A DNA stretch of 63,874 nt, counting the filler, from Lenisia limosa (Eukaryota > Protista > Breviatea), in assembly GCA_001655205.1 (NCBI GenBank). It is 7 parts of 7 records of this genome, joined end to end, with 100 filler letters (N's around TTAATTAATTAA, not from the genome) between each part and the next. Parts side by side here need not be neighbours in the genome. Positions count along the whole stretch, not along the records: positions 1 to 21,269 come from LPNZ01010013.1; positions 21,370 to 29,377 come from LPNZ01006967.1; 5 more parts are not named here. One strand, given 5' to 3'. Positions 13,216 to 25,023 of the stretch are shown here, piece by piece. The number at the start of each line of letters is the position of its first letter. Position 1 is the first letter of the stretch. The position numbers and the translations under genes were made by a program. Below the pieces are notes generated by a model. That model was not told where the DNA came from and searched no databases. It saw nothing but the letters and a program-made list of their open reading frames with translations.

Positions 13216-16200
13216 TTACCACTTGTCACTCCACTCCTCTTTTTGTCCAGACTGGCCAAACTCCGATTCGTCCGCTTCTTCTTTTTCAGCCTGGGAGGGG
13301 GGCAAAATGATGGCTAAATGAAGAAAACTTCAATTAGGGGGTTATGATAAGAGAATGCACCAGCTTCGATGAGCGAAAGAGGTGGATGAAAGCAACAATC
13401 CATGGAAACTACGCACCTCCTGTAATTTGCCGCTTCTGATAGCCATTGCCTTCTCAATTTGAGAGCCCAATGAGCCCTCCTTATACTGCTGAATCCCTGG
13501 CTTGGCCTTGGGCAGAGCAGAAATCTGGATATGTTAAACCAACTAACAATATTCCGCCCTTCGTTTCAATAGTGTTTGTACCTTCTTGAGGGAGTTTCTA
13601 ATGTTTTGAATGTCAAGCGCAGCTTGCTGGAGCTTGGATTTCTGTTCGATCTTCGGCATCTCAATTTGCTCTGAAAGAGATGAAAATAGCGTCATTGAGC
13701 AGGGTGATGTATCTCAAAAAAACTGGAATGGTAGGGATGGCCCTCAATGGGTTCAAAAATGGTGCTACTTGTAACAGGGAAAGTAAATGTCCGGCATTAT
13801 CCCAAGACCTCACCAGAAGAGGCTTTTAGTGCAACATCAGCCAAGGACTTGAAGGTGATCTTAGGGATCTTGACTACAGGTGGAGAGGGTGAGGAGAGCG
13901 GACAAAAAAAATGGGGAATAGATGACGGGAATATTTTGGGAATGGGGATACTAAAAAAAGGAAGAAAATTCAACATCTAACAAAAGACCCCGAGAAGCAG
14001 GCCCACTTTTTGATGCTGATGTTGTGACAAGCTTCGGTTGGATGGACAGAGCTGGATAATCAGAGGGGCTGAGTACAAAATGAATATTTCATGTGGGGAG
14101 TAATTCGAGTTAACTTTTGGATACTCAAAAAGTTAACAACTCATATAAAATAACAGTATGTACTGATTAACTAGATCCTTGAAGAAAGATGTTTCGAGTC
14201 TACATGGTTATAAATAATCAAATTTCAAGATAAAGGATTAAAACTGACTGTCAAAGAACTTATAATGACTATTCCGACCAATGTAAAACTATGTAAAGAA
14301 ATGTGAGCTCATCAGGTATCATACAATCGAACCACGTAACCCTTAATTTTTTAAAAATGTGAAAAACTGCAATTCTGTTCCAAACAAAATATAAAAGCGG
14401 CAATACCAATCCATATCTCAGTCAATATTTAGAACCACAAGTGTGCTTTCTAAGAGCATCAAAAAAGGNNNNNNNNNNNNNNNNNNNNNNNNNNNNNNNN
14501 NNNNNNNNNNNNNNNNNNNNNNNNNNNNNNNNNNNNNNNNNNNNNNNNNNNNNNNNNNNNNNNNNNNNNNNNNNNNNNNNNNNNNNNNNNNNNNNNNNNN
14601 NNNNNNNNNNNNNNNNNNNNNNNNNNNNNNNNNNNNNNNNNNGGTGGTGATTGGCGTGGCCGCGACCGGGGCAATCTGGGCGACAGTGGGTAGGAGGGAC
14701 ACCATCGGTACCGAAAGTTCAGGTTGCACCTGAGGGATGAGAATTCTGGCATCGATAGGGGATTCAACCCTCCAGGATGAATGACACTGCAATCAGCAAA
14801 CAGCCCCCCCCCCCCNNNNNNNNNNNNNNNNNNNNNNNNNNNNNNNNNNNNNNNNNNNNNNNNNNNNNNNNNNNNNNNNNNNNNNNNNNNNNNNNNNNNN
14901 NNNNNNNNNNNNNNNNNNNNNNNNNNNNNGGGAGTTGGGTGGGTTGAGCAGCCACGGCCGCGGACATGAGAACGGTACTGTTGGCAGTGGCTACGGTGGC
15001 GGCGAGAGCGGCAGATGATGCACGCACGCAGACGGCTCGGTTACTGAACTGAACTGTTCCGTCGGCTGTGGAGATGTAAATGCCGGTTCCAGGTTAGTTT
15101 GGGGTAGTTGGATACTGTTTTTATTATTGTGAAAAGTAACAATTTATCTCAGAGTGATGATAACTAGTTCAAGCCGCACGTACCAGCGATAACTGGAGTC
15201 AACTTGGTGCCCTCTATTGCCTTTGAGGCTGCTGTAACAGCCAGGGTTGTCAACGCGGTCATCTGAGGGGTCAAAGAGGACTGGTGGAGTCACAATGGTT
15301 AGTTTGTTCAAAAACTAACCTTTTCATCTTCATCTTGCTCCACAACAATAGGGGCAGCAATAGGAGCTGTTCGAGTAAGTCTACAGAAGGGACTGAGGAA
15401 TGCCCATTGGAACTCAAATCAACAACTTGTGCAGAAAAATAAGACAAATGTGCGAGTGGATATTGATACAGTACATATACATACAGTGTATACTCAACAA
15501 AGGATTGCGCATACATGACCTTTTAATCAATAGTAACGTACCGGGAGGAGGAGGCAAGTCTTCACCTGTCTGGGCATTGATTGCTTTGACAGCAACAGGC
15601 TCAGCAAACACCACATCACCTGAGGAATGAGGCGGAAATTAATCTGAAAATAATGATAATAGAACTGTTCAACACAAGATGACAAACTCACCACTGGGCA
15701 GTTTGTAGGCCTGAGACGCGGCGTTAAGTACCGACGGAACAATCGGAAGCTCCGAGCCATCTGAAGCCACCGCCTTGGTTGCCGTGGCCGTGGCAAGGGT
15801 GTACTCTCCCTCCGAGGTCATTACCACTTCTAAACTGATAAAACTAGTCACATTGGTAAATCGCTTGGTAAGAAGGATCTCTTCAGTGGCCAGGCATATT
15901 CCATTCCATCAGATAAGCCACCAACTAGCAGGAGGGGCGACATAGACGCTTTGGACCGGCATCGGCGGCGGGAGGGCGACAAAGGACCCATCTGGTGCGG
16001 TGACCTTCATCGGAACAGCAGTGGCACTCAGCAGATCTCCGTCGGCTCCTGTGGAGGGGGGGGGGTAAAATTGGAAAATTTATGAAACAAAAAAAAGCTC
16101 AAAATCAACTCTGTTGGCTGACAACACACAACAAAACAAACAAAGCCCAGAGCAGTCGGGGGAGGGTATGTGGGGTAATAGATTGTCCTTGTATAAAGTG

Positions 16201-19200
16201 GTGTTACCTGCTAATTTGTACTTGACATCTTAATCGCAGAAGACGTAATAATGTTCCCAATACATATTAATTATTGTCGCGAAAGTGCAGGGATCACCAA
16301 AACCACCTATTGTGCGACCCCCTCCCCACCTCTGAAGACCTGTTGCGGTGGCAGGGGGCACACCGCTTGACCCTGAGCTGTGGTCACCGCTGTGGCCGCG
16401 ACCGGGGGTGCGAACTCCAAAGACGCATCGGCAGTCTGAGCTCTCACTGGCACGGCCTCCGCAAAGGTTAGTGACCCGTCACTCAGACGCACCGGCACGG
16501 CGTTCTCGGGCAGCGAGTCCGAGCATTCGTTGCAGGCCACTGCAGGCAGTGCTATTTCAACGTCGTCAACGGTTACGGCCTTCATTGGGATTGCAGACGC
16601 AAATCCGACCTGAGAAACTCAGTAAGTCGTGTTCTGAGTGCAGGAGTGGTCAACACTAGCATTTATGTCTCCCAAGATTGAACAATACATTCACCCACTA
16701 ACCTCTCCCTCAGAATCTCTGAAAACGGACATGGGTTTGGGGGCTAAAAGAGGAGCAGAAATGCCAGACACAGTTGGCATACCTGAAGGTGTTAGAAAAA
16801 GGCACGAATGCAGACCTCATAACTTTTTTCTACTCGAAAAAAAAGCAAAAAAAAAAGACAGGAAAATAGATGATAGATTGTATGGCGTGTTGGTCAAGCA
16901 TGCTTTTTGGGGACTGAGAGAAACATAGTGTTAATGAACAACCAGTATACCCCCCTCACCAATGGGAACAGTCGGAAGGTCCAGTTCTTCGCCGGACCGC
17001 AGCTTTGCCTTGCACTCCACTGCGGTGGCGTAGGTCACTTTGCCGTCCACAGTACGCACCGGGACCGGAAGCTCCTGCGGCGTGCTTGCGGCCGCGGCCA
17101 CAGCCAAGACCTCCATGGGGACCTCGGGAAGCTCGTCGCCGGCACTTCCGACGGCAATGAGGGGGATGGCCTCGGCGACCGTGATGTCGCCGCTTTCGGT
17201 CTTGTAGAAGCCGGGCTCAGCTTTGACAACAGCTGGTATCGCGCCGCATGATGTAGCTAATTTAACAGGGGCGGCTTGGACAATGGGGGGCAAGGCGGTG
17301 CCTTGTTCGTCGACAGCGCTACACGGCACTGCGGTGGCGTACTTGGTGGTTCCGTCGGCTGTTTGGACGGCGACTGGCTGCTGAGAAGCGAAAGACGGCG
17401 GCGGGGGGAGGAGGTCATGCCCACTAGCGTCAACGGCCTTGAGCGGCACGGGAACAGCGTTGAATATGTCTCCGTCGGAACCTCGGAAGAACTGAGCTGC
17501 CGGCGCGGGTTCAACTGCTGACATTACACCCAAAGCCGTTGGCACAACGGGGGCGGCCGAAGCGGTAACGGGCTCTAGAGCCGCATCTGTGCCGTCTTTC
17601 AATACGGCCTTGCAGGGGACAGCCTCGGCAGCATAGGTAATGGTACCGTCGGCAAGGGCAATGGGAATGTTGTGCATGCCGGGGGCGGCCACTGGAGGGG
17701 GTGGCAAGACTGAGCCATCCATGGTCGTTGCTTTAACAGGAACAGAGGAGGCGATGAAAACAGAGTTATCAACATTTCGGAAGGCCATGACGGGGGCCAC
17801 AACCTCCGGACAGGCCAAGATGCCCTGGGAAGATGGAATGAGGACAGGAGCAGGCGGCATAGGGACCTCAAGGCCCGATTCGGTAGTTGCCATAACGGGA
17901 ATGGGGGTGGCGTAGACGATTGAACCGTCGAGAGCCCGGACCGGAGCGGCGAGAGATTGGACTGTGTCGGCCGCAGCAACCTATGAGGTTAGAAGAAGAA
18001 AGACTTGGGAANNNNNNNNNNNNNNNNNNNNNNNNNNNNNNNNNNNNNNNNNNNNNNNNNNNNNNNNNNNNNNNNNNNNNNNNNNNNNNNNNNNNNNNNN
18101 NNNNNNNNNNNNNNNNNNNNNNNNNNNNNNNNNNNNNNNNNNNNNNNNNNNNNNNNNNNNNNNNNNNNNNNNNNNNNNNNNNNNNNNNNNNGAGAAATGT
18201 GCGGAAAGCCTAAGGTGACATCCACATTATCACAGAGTACAGTATATTGAGAGTCCTTACAAAAAACAAACTGCTACATACCTTGGGAGGGGGAGGAAGA
18301 GTCTCACCGGACACGGCAATAACCTTGGTGGCAATCGGAGTGACATAACTGATCGTTCCGTCGGCAAGCTCCATGGGAACAGCCACATCAGCCGCACCCG
18401 CACAGAGGCCTGCAGCGACTGAAGAAGGCGGTGCGGGCAGTGGCGATCCGTTGACAGCCTCGATGCTGTGCGGGACAGCCTCGGCAAAGACGACCTTATC
18501 ATCAAGAGTCACAACAGCCACAGTTCCTTTAGGTGCAGGAGCCGTTGGCATGTCGATGCTGCGCGCCTGGGCCACGCTCTCAGTCGCCACGGTGGCGTAG
18601 AAGATAGCGCCGTCGTCGGCCTTGAAAGGGCGGAGAGAAGCAGCAACTGCGGCGGCGGAGACCACACCAACAGTGTCAACAATGTCGTCGAAGTTCGGCA
18701 GCGGCGGCAGTTCGGACTCATCCAGGGCCACGGGGCGCACGTCGACGGGCTTGGCATACACAACTTCGCCATGGTTGTTCCGAGCCGGAACCAGTTCGGA
18801 TTGGCTTCCGACTGTAGCTTCTGAGGCTTCCAATACGGCCGGCGGCGGGGGTAACGCGCTGCCATCGGCGGCAACAAGAACCGTCGGAACGGCCTGGGTG
18901 AACATGACGTCACCATTTTCCATTCTGAAGGGCCGGGCCGCGGCAAGAGGGGCAGCGGAAGTGACTTGGTCCGGTTCGGGCAACACGGTTCCGTCCAAGG
19001 CTGTGAACTTCAGCGGCACGGCTTCGGCGTAACTAATTTCACCGGTCTCTGCTCTGACCGGCTCGAAATTGGCGTTGTCTTCGATCATTCTTGACACGAC
19101 GACGGGTGGCGGCGGCGGAAGAACTGAGCCGTCTGCAGCCTCGCCCTTGACAGCCACTGCAGCGCCAAAGAGAACGCTTCCGTCGGCCATCTTGTAGGGC

Positions 19201-21269
19201 TTGAAGTCGGCAAGTCGTCTTGACGGCATGCTTGAGTCCACAGCAGCAACCGTGATGGCTGAAGGGGCCTCAGGCAGAACAGTGTCGTCCAATGCCACAA
19301 AGGTCACGCCAACAGCCTCGGCATACTGCAGCGCACCCTCGTTGTCCTGGACCACCTCATACGACAGGCCATTCTGTGTGCCCTCGAGAACAGCAGCGGG
19401 CGGCGGCGGGAGACTGATGCCATGAGTTGTCACGGCCTTAGCGGCTACAGCTGACGCGTAGATCACTGATCCGTCCTCGAGCTTGAAAGGCTTCATGGTG
19501 TTCAGTCTGTCGGCTCCTGACACGCCCGCAACCGCAGCAACAGCAGCCACTGCGGGAGGTGGCGGTAACGCTGTACCGTCGGAAGCTACATACTCCACGT
19601 GGGCGGGGGCGGCGAATGCCACGTCACCATCGGTAGTTCGAACCGGAACAGCCTGGACTTCCGATAAGGCGCTTCCGACAGCCGGCGGCGGCGGCAGAAC
19701 GGTACCATCAGCCGCAGCAACCTGGATGGGTACAGCGGTGGCGTAGATGACGTCACCATTGGTGGTTTGGAAGGGTCTGAGAGTGGAGAGAACGGCCGGG
19801 GCGGCAGTAGCGCCAGTAGCTTGCGACACTTCAGCCAGGGTCGGGAGGTCAGGAAGAGTCTGGCGCGCTGAAAACTCGACAGCAATGGCCTCGGCATAGG
19901 CAATGTCTCCATTTTGCTTCGTGACAGGCTGGAGCTGGTTCAAGGGGGTGTAGAGCGAGTCGTGGACCGTGGAGGGAGGAGGGGGGAGAATAGCGTCATC
20001 GAGAGGAACAATTGCCTTGGCTGGAAGGGGAACAGCGTACACAACGTCCCCATTGAGGAGCTTGAAGGGCCTGAGGGTGGGGACTGTTACTTCGCTGCAC
20101 ATTTCAGGCATTTCAGGCAACTCAGGAAGAACCGTATCATCAAGAGCTGAGAACACCACTGGTACAGGTTCAGCGTATACGATGGAGTTGTCGGCCTTAC
20201 GAACTGCTGTCAGCTGTTCGGACGGGGTCACTACTGAAGCGGCAACAACTTCTGAGGGGGAGAGGGGGAGGGGGGGTAAAACGGAGGAAATTTCGATGGC
20301 GTAAAGGTACTAACCAGTACAATTGGAAATTTATGAAACAAAAAAGTCAGACGTGATGGAACGGCAAAGCGGAATCCGTTATAACTAGTTTGGCAATAAT
20401 AATAGAAATAACATCATCAAAGCACACAATAAGACAAAAATTAAGAGAAAAGGAGACATAACAGCAAAAAGACTCATCGAAGACGCCAAACAACCCAAAC
20501 AAGCATACCCGGGAGAGCAGGTAGGACGGTGCCGTCAGCGGGTGCAGCCGCATCTACTGTGGCCGCGACGGCGTAAATAACGCGACCGTCTTCAGTTTCA
20601 AATGCCTGGGCGTGTTAGTAGTGTTACTAATGTTGAAAAGTTCCATAAATCTGAGGAGGTGGGTATTAGGGATTTAAAAAAAATATGGAACTGAACAAAA
20701 GATACCGAGAAGAAAAATTGAACATACAAATCAAAAACGACGTACTACTGTCTGATATTTGCAAAACTGGTGACGACACACTGCTTGAGAAAAAAAAAAA
20801 TAGCACTACAGCAGCATACCTTGACATCGCCAAGAGTAGCCTCGGGGTTTGCCTTCTGGATGGGCCCGGGAACGGCAAGGGGCGGCGGCGGGGCGGACTT
20901 GCCGTCATTGGTCACGTGCTTGACTGACACAGCCTCGCAGTACGTGATTGAACCGTCGGCAAGACGCACGGGTTCAAGAGCCTGGTTTTGGCCTTCTAAA
21001 AAGGGGGTAAGGTGGTAATGGTATGGAGTAATGCTAAAATCAAACAGATAAAACGTTCAGGGTGACAGAAGCGTTCAGTCCACAGTCATACCAGCAGAAG
21101 GGGGCGGCGGAAGGTCATCACCGTTGTCTTGGACCATTTTGACCTTCATGGGCTCGCCAAACACCGTTTGGCCATCAACGGTCTTGTAAGCAAGGGGCTG
21201 AGGCGCACCGTCCGGCACCAGTTGCAAAACGTACAGTGGAATCGGCTCAGTGGGGGCTGGGGGGGGGGG
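13216..21269 (-). CDS. Giant uncharacterised repeat protein (~30 repeats, many ending LPPPP) with a putative C-terminal WH2-C-A module; 5' end lost at contig linker
   Basis: Long open exons (about 18283-20252 and 16931-17990) plus many short GT-AG exons encode PFxxxDGxxxYAxAVPxxxxxxDGxxLPPPP units. Terminal exons 13582-13670, 13417-13524 and 13216-13290 are in phase and read ...KLQQAALDIQNIRNSLKK/ISALPKAKPGIQQYKEGSLGSQIEKAMAIRSGKLQE/AEKEEADESEFGQSGQKEEWSDKW*. Continuity across masked segments at 14.5-14.9 kb is inferred. Confidence 0.75.
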
Positions 21270-21369
21270 NNNNNNNNNNNNNNNNNNNNNNNNNNNNNNN
21301 NNNNNNNNNNNNNTTAATTAATTAANNNNNNNNNNNNNNNNNNNNNNNNNNNNNNNNNNNNNNNNNNNN
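21270..21369. other. Artificial contig linker (44N-TTAATTAATTAA-44N); also at 29378-29477, 55706-55805, 58414-58513, 59965-60064 and 62264-62363
   Basis: Identical 100-bp structure occurs six times. The 12-mer gives stops in all six frames. Confidence 0.95.
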
Positions 21370-22005
21370 GGCTTTATCGTCATGGCTTCAGCGGGTGAGG
21401 AAGCCTATACCTCCCCCACATCATGTTTATTGTTTGTTTTTAAGAAGCAATTTCAAATGTCAAAATATGTTACACGTTTCTGATTATTTATGCTCGATTT
21501 CAGATAGTCGATCTTTTGTTTATTTCAAAAGAGAATTGTTATTCAATTTTTGGATGAAATATCATATGAACTGAAATTGGTCTCTTAAAATATTTACGAA
21601 ATTACAAATGGATAACTATATTGCTATCCTTGTTTTGCGTCCCTCTTTAACTGAAAAAAAATTACCTTTTAACACAGAGTCTTTTTTTTTGTTTTTAACC
21701 ATTCATCCCTGTGGAAGTGATACCGTTCCCCTCTTACCACATAGGGACGAATGCAAGGGCACTGAGAGAGTTCGACTGAGGTGAGCTAAACTAGAGGACC
21801 ATATTCACCCCAGTGATGGGATGCGGTGCTGCTGAAGCGACTGGCCTAGGCTTTGTTTGTTTTGTTNNNNNNNNNNNNNNNNNNNNNNNNNNNNNNNNNN
21901 NNNNNNNNNNNNNNNNNNNNNNNNNNNNNNNNNNNNNNNNNNNNNNNNNNNNNNNNNNNNNNNNNNNNNNNNNNNNNNNNNNNNNNNNNNNNNNNNNNNN
22001 NNNNN

Positions 22006-24581
22006 CATCCATCACGGCGCTGCAGAACTCCACCGCCCTGACGTCGCCTCTACCCGGCCCGGGTGCTATCAGGTGCGGGGGTGTTAGCATATGAAGAAAT
22101 AATTATATCACAACATGTCGATATCACTATTATATATTTTTTTACTAGTTGCATTATACTGTACACTTGTAGTATGATATCACGTATAATACACCCCCCC
22201 GCAGATCGCCCAGTGCACCGCCCTCGCAAGTCGGCACGCCACGCCGACGCTCAGCCTCACCTTCCGTCAACTCCATGCACTCCGTCTCCCGCTCCTCATC
22301 ACCCGCACCGCCTGTAGTGGGGGGGGGGGGTAAACTATTGCTCTTTTAAAGCAAAAAACAAAACGCTGATAAAACACAAGAGTTACGAACCAGTTATACA
22401 TATAGTACTTCGATATATAGTGAGNNNNNNNNNNNNNNNNNNNNNNNNNNNNNNNNNNNNNNNNNNNNNNNNNNNNNNNNNNNNNNNNNNNNNNNNNNNN
22501 NNNNNNNNNNNNNNNNNNNNNNTCGTATCATATTATATGTGCTCCTGTTTCACTTTCGGTGACACAAGAAAAGTTCCATTAATCCTCGATAAGTATCAAT
22601 GTTTTAAGTTCTTTTGGGAACCTCAAGTAAATTTCTACCTCTCACTAGAGCATCGCTTCAGAAATCAGCCTAGTTTTCGAGTCAAATTTGGCCATTGCTT
22701 TGCTACTTTTGAGGCCCTGAATAACAGACACATTACAAACAATCTAGCGAAGCCAATAAATCTGCAAAGGGTCACCATAAACAAATTCCCTTTTTTACTC
22801 TATGTGGTTGTACGTGTTTCTAATAACCCTGCAGTCAAGACCAAGGTCCTCTTCGGCCCTCTCATCGTCCCTCAATACCTACACCGACAACTCAAATAAC
22901 CAGGTACGCTTCATTCAACGTTCAGACGACTTTATGAGGGGGGGGGGNNNNNNNNNNNNNNNNNNNNNNNNNNNNNNNNNNNNNNNNNNNNNNNNNNNNN
23001 NNNNNNNNNNNNNNNNNNNNNNNNNNNCATTTCTCAACAAATTGTCGAAACCTCTCGATATCTATTCAGGGTTTGTCTCTTCAATGATCAAGTGTCTATT
23101 TCATGGTTTCTCACTTAGTACACATATTTGTTCAGACAGCAGACATTTTCACCCTTGCTCTTTCCCCTTCTTTTCTGAAATAGTCCTCCCCCCCTCTAAG
23201 CGATTTCAGTCTGTTTCTCGCGAAGGAATTGATCCTCGATTTGCCACACCCCAGGTACGTTTGGCCCTCTTTTTGCTCTTATACGTACTTTTTACTATAA
23301 TAAATGTCACGTGGGACATATACATATGTGTGGTACGCTATTTTTTTTTTTATTTTTTTTTTTAATTGAACAGATTCCTAATGCTTATTATACANNNNNN
23401 NNNNNNNNNNNNNNNNNNNNNNNNNNNNNNNNNNNNNNNNNNNNNNNNNNNNNNNNCCCTCACCTTTATAGGCAGCCCCGCGACCCTCCTCTCATTCATC
23501 CTATCCCTCTTCAGGTTTGATAAGCCATTGCAACAGTTTTTGATATGAAATATTCCTACCGTATACATGAAACTTCCTTCTCAATGTTTCTTGTTATTTC
23601 TCACCCCGACAATCTGCCAGTGTCGTTTTGTGTCACATCACTTTTCGGTTCATTTTCACACGAGTGGATTATCATTTTCCACGCAGTGATATGAAACCCC
23701 ATATCCACTCGTATGATTATTGACCAAGTCTCAATGATACTCTCATACGCTTGGGATGAACCCTCGTGTTATCTTCGTTCATCATTTCGACTCGAAAGTC
23801 GGTCATATGCTCATTTCACTACCCCGAGTTAACATACCACAGTTTCCACGTCTCTGGCGGCGCACAGACAGTCCCAGGCGCAGCAGATTGCCAACGCCCA
23901 CAACTCTGATCATCGCCAGGTATGCGGCATTCATGGTGTGTGTCAGTGTTCTGGGTTCGTGACTAGATGGTACGTTGTGTGATCTCAGGGTTTGGTTTCT
24001 CTTTTTTTTTCAAGTGTGGAAGGGGGCTTTTTTTTTGTTGTTCTCAACTCTCGTGTGTCAGGCAACAGGGTTAATTTTGGGCTTTTTATTTTTGTTTCAT
24101 GAATTTTCCAATTTTATCTTTCCTTTTCCAGGCCGCAGCAACGCCCATAAACATGCATTCGCTGCAGTCCCTCCGCCCTGCCTCCTCCCCCGCACCTTCG
24201 CGACCAAACCTGGGGTATGGCGGTGATGTGTTGTTATATTAATACGGGTATTGGTTAAATTTGGCTTCAGTGATGGGATGCGGTTCTGCACTGGCCTGGG
24301 CTTTGTTTGTTTTGTTGCTATCAACCCTCGTGTGTTGTTAGCTGACGTTATTGATTTGGGCTTTTTGTTTCATAAACTTTCCAATTGTACAACGTGTACA
24401 TATGACAACCCCCTATGCATAATACACCTAACACCCCAGTGGATCGCGATTACAGAGCCCGCGCCGGCAGCCTCCTCCCACATCCACTCCGAGCCAAAAC
24501 GCGGCCGTACGCCAACAACAGCTTCTCGAACGCCTCATACGCGAGCGCAAGGAGGAGTTGAGACTCGAGGGGGCGAGATAG
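22006..24581 (+). CDS. Ser/Pro/Gln-rich low-complexity protein, 3' exons, function unknown
   Basis: Series of GT-AG bounded exons (SPSAPPSQVGTPRRRSASPS, SRPRSSSALSS, VLPPSKRFQSVSREGIDPRFATPQ, ...QQQLLERLIRERKEELRLEGAR*). No recognisable domain. Confidence 0.6.
23631..23820 (+). repeat. Dispersed intronic repeat family R3 (~190 bp)
   Basis: Shared ATCTTCGTTCATCATTTCGACTCGAAAGTCGGTCATATG and CATTTTCCACGCAGTGATATG. Copies at 30499-30689(-) and 48106-48416(+, with internal insertion). Confidence 0.8.
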
Positions 24582-25023
24582 GCCCCTAGGTTTTGTTCTT
24601 TCTTCAGGTATCTTGTGTTAGTACTGGGTTTATGTATTCTATTGTAATTCTACATTGCAACAGTGTTGCTTCTTCCCTTGTCTTCCACTTCATGAGGCTC
24701 TTTGAGAGTTTTGGGTTCTATTTGATATTCCTTGGGGGTATCACACATACCAGCTATATCAACTGCAAATCAGCAAATCAACCTTGGAGGAATATAGTGG
24801 ACATTGTAACATTGCATTATAAGCTCTTGTTTGACTGGTGTTATTGTTTGATTGATGAAACGGTGGATGTTCTGGATAGAAAAAAAAAGGTGTGTTGGAT
24901 GATGACGGAGTACAAAGAATTCGATCATGAAAGTAACTGAGCGGAGGAATTATCTGCGATGCGTACCAGGTCGGGTTTCTTTTTTATTTTTTCATTTCGT
25001 CAAACTGTCCTCATCTCCTCATT

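Noticed and set aside
17035-20304. Many overlapping plus-strand and alternate-frame ORFs in the repeat gene
   Set aside because: Shadow ORFs caused by the GC-rich, Ala/Pro/Val codon bias of the real minus-strand frame.
21314-21325. Recurrent perfect palindrome TTAATTAATTAA (six times)
   Set aside because: Always centred in 44N+44N, so it is an artificial six-frame-stop contig linker and not a biological site.
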